This document shows, in pieces, positions 35,274-43,698 of a DNA stretch of 64,000 nt. Below the pieces are notes generated by a model. That model saw only the letters and a program-made list of their open reading frames with translations, ran no database searches and was not told the origin of the DNA. The stretch is from NCBI GenBank assembly GCA_029861865.1, contig JAOTYL010000001.1, forward strand, positions 132,066 to 196,065. Direction: 5' to 3'. The position numbers were made by a program, and so were the translations under genes. Numbering within the stretch: the first letter of the stretch is position 1; the number at the start of each line of letters is the position of its first letter. The DNA comes from Myxococcales bacterium. GTDB taxonomy: Bacteria; Myxococcota_A; Polyangia; Polyangiales; Houyiibacteriaceae.

Positions 35274-37265
35274 ATGACCGACCAAGCGAAACGGCGTACC
35301 GCGCGCGACCTGCTCGAGGCGCGCGGCGACCTCGGCAAGGACACCATTGCAGCCCGGGTCGACGGCAAGATCTACGACCTTCATACGCCACTGCCCGACG
35401 GGGCCGTGGAGGCTTCCCCGATCCGCGCCCACGACGAGGACGCGCTGCCGGTCATCCGACATTCGAGCGCCCACGTGATGGCCGACGCGGTTCAGCGGCT
35501 CTTTCCGGGGACCAAGGTCGCATTCGGCCCTGCGACCGATAATGGCTTCTACTACGACTACCAGCGCCCCGACGGTACCTTCTCCGACGAAGACCTTCGA
35601 GCGATCGAGGAAAAGATGGTGGAGATCATCGAAGCCGATAGCCCGTTTCGAAGAGAGGTCGTGACCCGCGATGAGGCGCGCCAGTTGCTGCAGTCGCTCG
35701 ACGAAAGCTTCAAGCTCGAACACCTCGAGCGGCTCGAAGATCCGATCTCGCTTTATCGGCATGGCGAGTGGGTAGACTTATGTGAAGGGCCGCACGTCCC
35801 CTCCACCGGCTTTCTCAAAGCGGTGAAGCTGACCAGCGTAGCGGGCGCGTATTGGCGTGGAGATGAGCGCAACCCGATGCTGCAGCGCATCTACGGAACG
35901 GCATTTGCGTCGCCAAAAGCGCTCCGGGCTCACCTCAAGCAACTCGAAGAGGCGAAGAAGCGCGATCACCGTAAGCTCGGCAAAGAGCTCGAGCTCTTTG
36001 CGTTCCATCCCTACGCACCGGCATCGCCGTTCTTCTTGCCGCGAGGCTCGATCATCTACAACCTGCTCGAGGATTACATTCGGTCGCTCTACGCACGCTA
36101 CGGCTACGACGAAGTGATCACTCCACAGATTTTCGATAACGAGCTCTTTCACACCTCCGGCCATCTCCCGTCGTATGCCGAGAACATGTACATGGCGGCC
36201 ACCGTGGAAAATCTCGAGAAGCTTCAAGCGAAGGCACAAGACAAGACGCCCAAAGATGCTCACGAGTGGGCGCTCGCGTTCGAGGAGTCGCTTCGGTTCG
36301 GCGTGAAACCGATGAACTGTCCGAGTCATTGTCTCATCTTTGCGATGACGCGCCGAAGCTACCGCGACCTCCCGATGCGGATGGCGGATTTCGGCAGGCT
36401 CCATCGGTTCGAGCGCAGTGGGGTCGTGCAAGGGCTGACCCGGGTGCGTACCTTCTCGCAGGACGACGCCCACATCTTCTGCACGCTCGACCAGGTACAA
36501 GACGAGATCAAGAGCTTCCTCGACCTCGTCTATGACGCGTATCGTGACTTCGGCTTTACCGACGTGCGCCTGGTCATCGCGACGCGGCCCGAAAAACGGC
36601 TCGGCGCCGACGAGGTGTGGGCTCAGTCCGAGCGAGCCCTCGAAGAGGCGGTGAAGTCCAAGGGCCTTCCCTACACGATCGCCGAGGGGGAGGGCGCTTT
36701 CTATGGCCCGAAGATCGAGTTCCATCTAAAGGACGCCATCGGGCGACCATGGCAGCTCGGCACCATCCAGGCGGACTTCAACCTACCCGAACGGTTCGAC
36801 CTCACCTACACCGGCGAGGACAACAAACCGCACCGGCCCGTGGTGCTTCACCGCGCGATTTTGGGCTCTGTGGAACGGTTTTTTGGGGTTCTGACCGAGC
36901 ATGTGGGCGGGGCGTTCCCGGTCTGGCTGGCTCCCGAGCAAATCACCTTGTTGACGGTGAGTGAGAAGTTCAACGAGTATGCTGAGAACGTGCAGCAACT
37001 GCTCCAGGACCGAGGCTTTCGAGTCTCTGCCAACCTCAGCGGAGACAAGCTCGGCGCCAAGATTCGCCAGGCGCGCCTGATGCGGATTCCGTATCTGGGC
37101 GTGATCGGCGAAAAGGAAGTAGAAGGGAAGGGCTTGGCACTCCGCTCACGAGACGAAAACAAAGACCTCGGGCTCGTCCCGTTGTCCGATGTCTTCGATC
37201 GCCTCGAGCGAGAGAACCACCCGCCTTCAGCAAGGGATTCAACGATAGGAGATAGTCATCGCTAG
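35274..37265 (+). CDS. thrS: threonine--tRNA ligase
   Basis: TGS-like N-terminus, second additional domain (HSSAHVMA), class II core (HRKLGKELELF, FRDEL-type motifs), and a C-terminal anticodon-binding domain. ATG 35274 is preferred over the track start 35184. Confidence 0.95.
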   Translation: MTDQAKRRTARDLLEARGDLGKDTIAARVDGKIYDLHTPLPDGAVEASPIRAHDEDALPVIRHSSAHVMADAVQRLFPGTKVAFGPATDNGFYYDYQRPDGTFSDEDLRAIEEKMVEIIEADSPFRREVVTRDEARQLLQSLDESFKLEHLERLEDPISLYRHGEWVDLCEGPHVPSTGFLKAVKLTSVAGAYWRGDERNPMLQRIYGTAFASPKALRAHLKQLEEAKKRDHRKLGKELELFAFHPYAPASPFFLPRGSIIYNLLEDYIRSLYARYGYDEVITPQIFDNELFHTSGHLPSYAENMYMAATVENLEKLQAKAQDKTPKDAHEWALAFEESLRFGVKPMNCPSHCLIFAMTRRSYRDLPMRMADFGRLHRFERSGVVQGLTRVRTFSQDDAHIFCTLDQVQDEIKSFLDLVYDAYRDFGFTDVRLVIATRPEKRLGADEVWAQSERALEEAVKSKGLPYTIAEGEGAFYGPKIEFHLKDAIGRPWQLGTIQADFNLPERFDLTYTGEDNKPHRPVVLHRAILGSVERFFGVLTEHVGGAFPVWLAPEQITLLTVSEKFNEYAENVQQLLQDRGFRVSANLSGDKLGAKIRQARLMRIPYLGVIGEKEVEGKGLALRSRDENKDLGLVPLSDVFDRLERENHPPSARDSTIGDSHR

Positions 37266-37830
37266 ACCACGTTTTGGACCACGCGATCGCCCTCGGAACT
37301 ACGGACCGAGGGTGAACGATCGCATTCGAGTGCCTGAGATCCGAGTGATCGGAGCCGACGGCGGTATGTTAGGCGTCTTGAACACCGACGAGGCCCGTCG
37401 GATGGCCCGGGACTTGGACCTCGACTTGGTCGAGGTGAACCCGAAGGCCACCCCGCCCGTCTGCAAGATCATGGACTTCGGCAAGTTCAAGTACGAAGAA
37501 AAGAAGAGACAGGCCGACGCCCGCAAGCGGCAGACTCAGATCGCGCTGAAAGAGATCAAGCTTCGCCCCAAGACCGACGACCACGATCTCGATTTCAAGA
37601 CGAAGCACGTTCGCCGCTTCCTCGAAGAAGGCAACAAGGTGAAAATCACCGTCCGCTTCCGCGGTCGTGAGATCACCCACCCCGAAACGGCGCAACGCCA
37701 AATCGATGCCATCGTCAGCGCGGTAGAGGACATCGGCGCGATCGAAACCTCCGCACGTCTCGAAGGCCGCACGATGACCGCCATCCTCGCGCCGAGGGTC
37801 AAAGTCCAGCACACCCGAGAAGCGAAGTAA
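37258..37830 (+). CDS. infC: translation initiation factor IF-3 (probable AUC start)
   Basis: RVNDRIRVPEIRVIG...PPVCKIMDFGKFKYE...ITVRFRGREITH. The frame is open from 37249. AGGAG (37247-37251) lies 6 nt before ATC 37258. The canonical GTG 37312 has no usable SD spacing. Confidence 0.85.
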   Translation: MARPRFGPRDRPRNYGPRVNDRIRVPEIRVIGADGGMLGVLNTDEARRMARDLDLDLVEVNPKATPPVCKIMDFGKFKYEEKKRQADARKRQTQIALKEIKLRPKTDDHDLDFKTKHVRRFLEEGNKVKITVRFRGREITHPETAQRQIDAIVSAVEDIGAIETSARLEGRTMTAILAPRVKVQHTREAK

Positions 37831-37866
37831 GCAACTGCGCAGCACGGGTCACCTGCTCCTCAAGAA

Positions 37867-37950
37867 CAGTGTCAGCGCCAGCGCCAGTGCCAGCGCCAGT
37901 GCCAGTGTCAGCGCCAGTGCCAGCGTCCGCGCCAGTGCCACTGCCACCGG
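37867..37950 (+). repeat. hexanucleotide array (CAGYGC)x14, inverse orientation to the other two arrays
   Basis: CAGTGT CAGCGC CAGCGC CAGTGC CAGCGC CAGTGC CAGTGT CAGCGC CAGTGC CAGCGT CCGCGC CAGTGC CACTGC CACCGG. Intergenic, after infC. Confidence 0.85.
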
Positions 37951-38049
37951 CTTTTGCCGCCAACGAGAGGGCCTTTGTTTCGGCTACACCCTTTTCAGTT
38001 GGGACATTCCCGGAAACTGCGATACCAATGGCACCTGCCGGCTCCATAG

Positions 38050-40362
38050 GTGTTGATCATGCGTTACCCGTTCTTGACCCTCGCGCTGCTCTTTGCAGCA
38101 TGCTTTCTCTGCGCCTGCGGCGATGACGCGCCTAGCCAGTTCGAGGATACGTTCCCACCCGCCGCGGCCGGGACGATCTACAGCTACGCGACCGGGTGCT
38201 TCTCGATCGGCGTCGTGGGCACGTCTCGGTATCTCGCGGCCTCCGACTCAGGCGACGAGTTCCAGATCTCCGCGTCTTCCCTCGAGAGTGCCGCTCGCTT
38301 CCGCATGAGGCCAGCCGACTTGGGGACCTATCTGCTCTTGGATGAGAGCGAGCAGTACCTCGTCTCTGAAGACGGCGACCGTCTGCACCGCCGCTCAGAG
38401 CTCCTCTCGGACACGACCGTGATCGGCGAAGACGTCAGCATCGACGATAGCTTCGAGTCTGAGGGTGAATGGGATCTCGAGGTGTCGGGCGACGATTCAG
38501 ATCACTTCCGGTTACGACATCGTCGTTCCGGTGAGTACCTCACGGCGGAGGACTCCATCGCCGATGCCGCCGATGCAGCCGACATCTTGTTCTTCGAGCA
38601 ATCCGACTGCGCGACTTTTCCGGAGCTCACCGTCGACGCCGAAGGCGAGGTCACGCCAATCGAGTTCGACGACGGCTCGGTGTTTGGGTTCGTGGAGACG
38701 CACGCACACTTGTTCTCCAACTTTGCCTTTGGGGGTGGCGGCATCTTTCACGGCGCGCCCTACCACCGGCTCGGCGTCGAACACGCCTTGCCCAGCTGCG
38801 AACCCTTCCACGGCGAAGACGGCCGACAAGACCTCCTCGGCTTCGCATTCGGCGACGTCGACGGTCTGGCTCCAAGCGATCTGCTGAGCTTGTTCGTGAC
38901 CGTAATGGCACCCGTGACCCATGAAACAGCCGGATACCCCGATTTCTCCGCGTGGCCGGACGCGTTCCAGAGCGCCACGCATCAGGTGCAGTACTACAAG
39001 TGGGTGGAGCGTGCGTACCTCAGCGGCCTTCGGCTGATGGTCCAGCACGCGACGACCAATCACGTTCTGTGTGAGCTCTTGGTGGGCCTCGGAGCACAGC
39101 CGGCGCGATACTCCTGCAACGACATGGTGGCGGTCGATCGGATCATCGACGAGACCTACGGGCTCGAACGGTACGTCGACGCGCTCAACGGCGGGCCCGG
39201 GGAAGGGTGGTTTCGCGTCGTCACTTCGCCCGAGGAGGCGCGCGAAGTCATCAAGGATGGAAAGCTCGCGATCGTACTTGGAATCGAGACGTCGGTGCTC
39301 TTCGACTGCTTCCTGGTGCCCCCTGAAGGCTTCGCCAAATGTACAGAGGCTGATGTCGTTGCAAAGCTCGACGAATACTACGCAAAGGGCGTTCGTGTTC
39401 TGTTTCCGGTCCACAAGCTCGACAACGCCTTTTCCGCAGGTGACGGAGACCGCGGCATTCTCGATCTGGGCAACATCATTCAGAGCGGACACTGGACCAA
39501 CTACGCCCTGTGCGATGACCTTGGCGTAACCGACGTGCCACGCAACTTTGATGGCGGAGACGTGCCGTTCGGCGCACTCAACATGCCACGCGCAGCGTTC
39601 GATTCGGATCCGCCGCTGAGCTTTACGGGCTTTGCCAGCGATCCACTCACTTCCCTCCTTGGCGGTGTCCCTAATCTCATCGAGCTCCTAGGAGCGCCTC
39701 CCTTGGTAGGTGACTACTGCCAGCGGACCGGGCTCACGAACCTCGGCGAGTTCTTGATCGATCAGATGATGCGGCGGGGGATGGTCCTCGAAGTCGACCA
39801 CATGCCGCGACTATCGCGCCAACGCGCGCTCGAGATCATGGTCGAGAACGACTATCCCGGTGCGGGGACGCACGGGAACAACCACGATGGGCTTCTCTAC
39901 GAGCTCGGCGGCGTCTCGAAGTCCAACTTCGGCCGGTGCCGGTCTGCGACCGAGCCCGCCACCATGGATAACGGCTATCAAAACCGCATCCAGCTCATGC
40001 GGGATAGAGGCGCGTTCCCCGCCGAGGGCTTCGGGTTCGATTTCAACGGGTTTGCTCGCGCGCCGCGTCCAAGGTTCGGGGAAAACGCGAACTGCGGGGA
40101 TCCGCAAACCGATCCGATCACGTATCCGTTCACATCCTATGCGGGCGACGTCACCTTCACGAAGCCGGTCGTCGGCAATCGCACGATCGACTTCAACACC
40201 GAAGGGATGGCCCACCTTGGGCTAGTGGCGGAGCTCATCGAAGACGTCCGACGCGACGGCGTGACGGATGAGGAATTGGAGCCGCTGTTCAAGTCGGCCG
40301 AGGGTTACCTTCGTATGTGGGAAAAGTCGGAGCAGCGTGGTCGAGAGATCAGCGCAGAGTAA
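38050..40362 (+). CDS. lipoprotein with remote membrane-dipeptidase (peptidase M19)-like hydrolase domain
   Basis: Lipobox-like FLCACG. Ordered motifs parallel renal dipeptidase: VETHAHL (DGHNDL), AIVLGIETS (LIGVEGG), VLFPVHKLDN (LTLTHxxN), VLEVDHM (LIDLSH), GFGFDFNG (GFGGDFDG), and a similar C-terminal helix LVAELIEDV...EELEPLF. ATG 38059 is an alternative start. Confidence 0.55.
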   Translation: MLIMRYPFLTLALLFAACFLCACGDDAPSQFEDTFPPAAAGTIYSYATGCFSIGVVGTSRYLAASDSGDEFQISASSLESAARFRMRPADLGTYLLLDESEQYLVSEDGDRLHRRSELLSDTTVIGEDVSIDDSFESEGEWDLEVSGDDSDHFRLRHRRSGEYLTAEDSIADAADAADILFFEQSDCATFPELTVDAEGEVTPIEFDDGSVFGFVETHAHLFSNFAFGGGGIFHGAPYHRLGVEHALPSCEPFHGEDGRQDLLGFAFGDVDGLAPSDLLSLFVTVMAPVTHETAGYPDFSAWPDAFQSATHQVQYYKWVERAYLSGLRLMVQHATTNHVLCELLVGLGAQPARYSCNDMVAVDRIIDETYGLERYVDALNGGPGEGWFRVVTSPEEAREVIKDGKLAIVLGIETSVLFDCFLVPPEGFAKCTEADVVAKLDEYYAKGVRVLFPVHKLDNAFSAGDGDRGILDLGNIIQSGHWTNYALCDDLGVTDVPRNFDGGDVPFGALNMPRAAFDSDPPLSFTGFASDPLTSLLGGVPNLIELLGAPPLVGDYCQRTGLTNLGEFLIDQMMRRGMVLEVDHMPRLSRQRALEIMVENDYPGAGTHGNNHDGLLYELGGVSKSNFGRCRSATEPATMDNGYQNRIQLMRDRGAFPAEGFGFDFNGFARAPRPRFGENANCGDPQTDPITYPFTSYAGDVTFTKPVVGNRTIDFNTEGMAHLGLVAELIEDVRRDGVTDEELEPLFKSAEGYLRMWEKSEQRGREISAE

Positions 40363-40380
40363 GGTTATCAGGAGCGAGCC

Positions 40381-41946
40381 ATGACCGAGACGCGTATCGA
40401 CGACTGCTTGAGCAACCGTAACGGAGTTCTTTTCATCGAAGAGATGGCCAGCCCCGACCTGGTCGAGCGGTTCGGCTCCCCGCTGTTCGTGTTCTCCGAG
40501 GATCAGATCCGGCACAACGTCCGAAGATTTCGCGACGCTTTCGAAAAAGGCTGGACGGCAGGTCCGGTCAAGGTGATGCCTGCGGCGAAAGCGAACTGGC
40601 TCTTTGCGATTCAGAGGGTGCTTGCCGACGAGGGTTGCGGCGCCGACATCTACTCGGCGGGCGAGCTCGACGTAGCCCTTCGCGCGGGCGTCGACCCCAG
40701 GTTCATTTCGGTCAACGGAGTTCCAAAAGACAAAGAGCACATTCGCCGCACCATCGAGGTAGGCGCAAGGCTCACGATCGACAGCCTTCAGGACGTCACG
40801 TTTCTCGAGGAGCTTGCGCCGACGCTTTCGAACACGGCGTACGTCCGGCTGCGAATACGGCCCGCGATCTCCGAGTTCGTGAAGAAGAGCGACTTCGCGC
40901 CGGACGGAATGGTGCCGACCGACCTGGTCGCGCTGGTCTACAAGGGCGGGCTCTCGGTCGACGAAGTGATCGAGGCGGGCAAACGGGTGATGAAGCTTCC
41001 AAATGTGGAGGTCGTCGGTTTCCACGCGCATCACGGACGGCACCATCGCTCCACGCTCTACTGGGAGGCGCAGATGCACGCGTACGCGCGCGATCTCGGC
41101 CGCGTGTGCAACGAGCTCGGCGGCTATCGACCGCAGGAGATCAGCATCGGCGGCGGGTTTGCGATCCCGAGAGACCCACACAACGCCGCGACGGACTACA
41201 CCGACCCGTTGTTGTTTGGCTCCCTGCACTTGCTGTCTCTCGGTCTGAAATACTTGGGCGCGAGAGTCCGCTATCGCGTGATCGATAAGCTCCTGAAGCT
41301 GGTCGAGGGCCATCCCAACACGATTCCCGCGCCGAGCATCGAGGAGTACGGAGCCGCAACCACGGCGGCGTTGCTCGAAGCGCTGCCGCGGCATGGCGTC
41401 GACCCGGCAGGCGTGATGCTTCAGCTTGAGCCAGGGCGCGCGATTCACGGGAACGCAGGCGTGCACCTGACGAGTGTGAAAGCCACAAAGAGGATGACTT
41501 CACCGATTCGGTGGAACCTCGTCACGATCGACACATCGGAGTTCTGGATGACCGGCGGCCGTTTCGAGCACCACCTGCACGAGTATTGCGTGGCGAACCG
41601 GCTGAATGCGCCTCGTGTGATGAAGGCCGACGTCGTGGGCCGAAGCTGTTACGGCGATCGCTTGCTGGGCGCCGTCCGTCTTCCCGAGGTCGAGGTCGGC
41701 GACCTCTTTGCGTTTCTCGACACTGGAGCGTACCAAGAGGTATCGGCGAGCAACTTCAACGCGATGCCAAGGCCGGCGGCCGTGCTGGTCACAGGCGACC
41801 GCGCTTCGGTGGTTCGGCGAGCGGAGAACCTGGACGACGTGTTCCGCCGAGACGAGCTCCCCGAACACCTGGCGCGGTCGGGGTCGGAAAAGGCCGCCGA
41901 ATCCTCCCCCGCCGAACGCACCCCAGCTTCTCCGAACAGAGCGTAG
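40381..41946 (+). CDS. type III PLP-dependent decarboxylase (Orn/DAP/Arg decarboxylase family)
   Basis: PAAKAN (PLP lysine), ISIGGGF, EPGRAIHGNAG, SCYGDRL and DTGAYQEVSASNFN. AGGAG lies 6 nt upstream. 521 aa, with an insertion after GGGF. Confidence 0.8.
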   Translation: MTETRIDDCLSNRNGVLFIEEMASPDLVERFGSPLFVFSEDQIRHNVRRFRDAFEKGWTAGPVKVMPAAKANWLFAIQRVLADEGCGADIYSAGELDVALRAGVDPRFISVNGVPKDKEHIRRTIEVGARLTIDSLQDVTFLEELAPTLSNTAYVRLRIRPAISEFVKKSDFAPDGMVPTDLVALVYKGGLSVDEVIEAGKRVMKLPNVEVVGFHAHHGRHHRSTLYWEAQMHAYARDLGRVCNELGGYRPQEISIGGGFAIPRDPHNAATDYTDPLLFGSLHLLSLGLKYLGARVRYRVIDKLLKLVEGHPNTIPAPSIEEYGAATTAALLEALPRHGVDPAGVMLQLEPGRAIHGNAGVHLTSVKATKRMTSPIRWNLVTIDTSEFWMTGGRFEHHLHEYCVANRLNAPRVMKADVVGRSCYGDRLLGAVRLPEVEVGDLFAFLDTGAYQEVSASNFNAMPRPAAVLVTGDRASVVRRAENLDDVFRRDELPEHLARSGSEKAAESSPAERTPASPNRA

Positions 41947-41975
41947 ACGAATGGGGCTGCGGCTATCCGCGTAGA

Positions 41976-42878
41976 TCAGAAGAGAACGGGCGAGTACACG
42001 TTGATCCCAATCGTAATCGTCCAGATGTCGCTGGTCAGCTCGCTTTGCCCGTCGCCGACGGCGCCAAAAATGGGGAAACGGAACGCGACGAATGCGTCCA
42101 ACATCGCGGGGCCGGCAGCCGCAGAGCCCCCAAGCGTGAAGCCGAGCGGGAAGGCAGCGATCGTCGGGGCTTCGTCGACAGCGGGAAGACTCACGCCGGA
42201 CTGGATCTTGAAAAACACGTTGCTGGTTGGATTGACCACGAGATCCAAAGGAAACCCGATGCTCAGCAAGCCCGCGCCACCGGGGTCATCGTACGTCAGG
42301 TCGAAGCCCGTATCGATCGCTACCGAATCGCCAGCGTGAAGTCGCAGGGGCACGCCGAACGCAATGCCAAGCTCGCTAAATGTTGGGATCCGAAGTCGGA
42401 ACTCCACCGCCACGTCTGCGACTCCTTCCGTGGCTTGATACCGAAGGTAGAAGGGAATGTCGCCAAAGTCCGTTTCAGGGGACACGAACACCGAGATCAA
42501 TCCCTGCCCGCCCAGTCCCAACAGATCGAGTGAATTGATGCCGGGAAAGGAGCCCATCCGATATCGCGAGAAGCCGATCTCGAGATTGTTGACCGGCGCT
42601 ATTGCGATGCCAAAGTTCAACGTCCAGAAGATTTCCGATCCTACAAAAGCCGGTAGGCGGAGCCCGCTGACGTCGAACGTCCCGCGGATCATTCCCTTCG
42701 GCATCGTGAGCGAGCGGGCTGCGTACGCGAGTCCGTAGTTGTCGCTGGCCCCCTTGCTTGGCGCTAGCTCCGTGCTCACCGAGCTCGGCTCGGTGCCGTC
42801 TTGGGAAAGCGCCTTGCCCGGAAATACGCAACACATCGCGGCGATCGTGAAACCGCATACCAACACTGAGTTGTTCAT
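41976..42878 (-). CDS. putative outer-membrane beta-barrel protein
   Basis: Signal peptide, alternating-hydrophobicity strands rich in G/F/L, and a C-terminal ...YSPVLF ending in Phe. No family recognised. Confidence 0.5.
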   Translation of the reverse strand: MNNSVLVCGFTIAAMCCVFPGKALSQDGTEPSSVSTELAPSKGASDNYGLAYAARSLTMPKGMIRGTFDVSGLRLPAFVGSEIFWTLNFGIAIAPVNNLEIGFSRYRMGSFPGINSLDLLGLGGQGLISVFVSPETDFGDIPFYLRYQATEGVADVAVEFRLRIPTFSELGIAFGVPLRLHAGDSVAIDTGFDLTYDDPGGAGLLSIGFPLDLVVNPTSNVFFKIQSGVSLPAVDEAPTIAAFPLGFTLGGSAAAGPAMLDAFVAFRFPIFGAVGDGQSELTSDIWTITIGINVYSPVLF

Positions 42879-42966
42879 CTCAATCCCCGCCTCACCAGCT
42901 TCGCTCCCAGATTACCGGCTCGCCGATCCGGCCGGCAAAAAACAGGTGTGGGTGCACCGGTTGAGC

Positions 42967-43012
42967 TTGGCGCTGACCCTGGCACTGGCACTGGCGCTGG
43001 CACTGACACTGT
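42967..43012 (+). repeat. hexanucleotide array (CTGRCR)x7.5
   Basis: TTGGCG CTGACC CTGGCA CTGGCA CTGGCG CTGGCA CTGACA CTGT. Its reverse complement matches the start of the 37866 array. Confidence 0.85.
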
Positions 43013-43117
43013 AAATTGGCCCTGCTTGACTCCCTCACCCCGCGCGCTACACCGCTCGGTCTCCGCTCCTCCGCCGCGGGTGCCGCTGGTTTGGGAGCTT
43101 TAAGCGAGGACAGTCGA

Positions 43118-43318
43118 ATGCCCAAAATGAAGACCAAGCGTGCTGCTGCAAAGCGGTTCAAAGCGACCGGGGGAGGGCGTATTCGCCGTTCCACGGCCGG
43201 CAAGCAGCACTTGATGCGTGGCAAGTCCGCGAACCGACTTCGGAAGCTCAAAAAGAACTCCATGGTCGATCCGAGCGACGAAGCGCGAATCCGGCGTTTG
43301 CTTCCTTACGAGCTCTGA
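43118..43318 (+). CDS. rpmI: 50S ribosomal protein L35
   Basis: MPKMKTKRAAAKRFKATGGGRIRR... Confidence 0.9.
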   Translation: MPKMKTKRAAAKRFKATGGGRIRRSTAGKQHLMRGKSANRLRKLKKNSMVDPSDEARIRRLLPYEL

Positions 43319-43336
43319 GACTTTGAGGGAGACGCC

Positions 43337-43681
43337 ATGCCTAGAGTGAAACGAGGGTTCAAAGCCCGCCGCCGCCGCAAGCGCTTGCTCAAGCACGCCA
43401 AGGGCTACTACGGCGCGCGCCGCAAGGCGTTCCACGTCGCGATCGAGCAGGTCCACAATGCGTGGGAAGACGCCTATCGGCATCGCCGCACCAAGAAGCG
43501 GGAGTACCGCCGTCTTTGGATCGCACGCATCAATGCCGCCGCACGCACCAACGGCCTGAACTACAGCACGTTCATCGCCGGTTTGAAGCGGTCCGGGATC
43601 GAGCTCGATCGCAAGGTCCTCGCGGAGATCGCAGTCGCCGATCCCGGCGGCTTCAAGGCAGTCGTCGACGCCATCGAGTAA
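43337..43681 (+). CDS. rplT: 50S ribosomal protein L20
   Basis: [30 protein letters not shown]... Confidence 0.95.
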   Translation: MPRVKRGFKARRRRKRLLKHAKGYYGARRKAFHVAIEQVHNAWEDAYRHRRTKKREYRRLWIARINAAARTNGLNYSTFIAGLKRSGIELDRKVLAEIAVADPGGFKAVVDAIE

Positions 43682-43698
43682 ATCATTCTGGACGCGCG

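Noticed and set aside
37799-38126. ORFs translating the hexamer array (GTGADAGTGADTGTGAGTGAG on the minus strand, APAPVPAPVPVSAPVP on the plus strand).
   Set aside because: The periodic peptide is a direct by-product of a 6-nt DNA repeat. There is no convincing start or SD, and the same repeat occurs in both orientations at other intergenic sites.
35116-43012. Hexamer arrays considered as CRISPR-like arrays.
   Set aside because: The period is 6 nt with no spacers, and no cas genes are present. This is a microsatellite-type repeat, not CRISPR.
42979-43030. TGGCAC motifs inside the hexamer arrays considered as sigma-54 promoters; rpoN is in the window.
   Set aside because: No TTGC element lies at the required distance from the GG (GG-N10-GC). 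The best case, TGGCCCTGCTTGA at 43017, is 2 nt too short.
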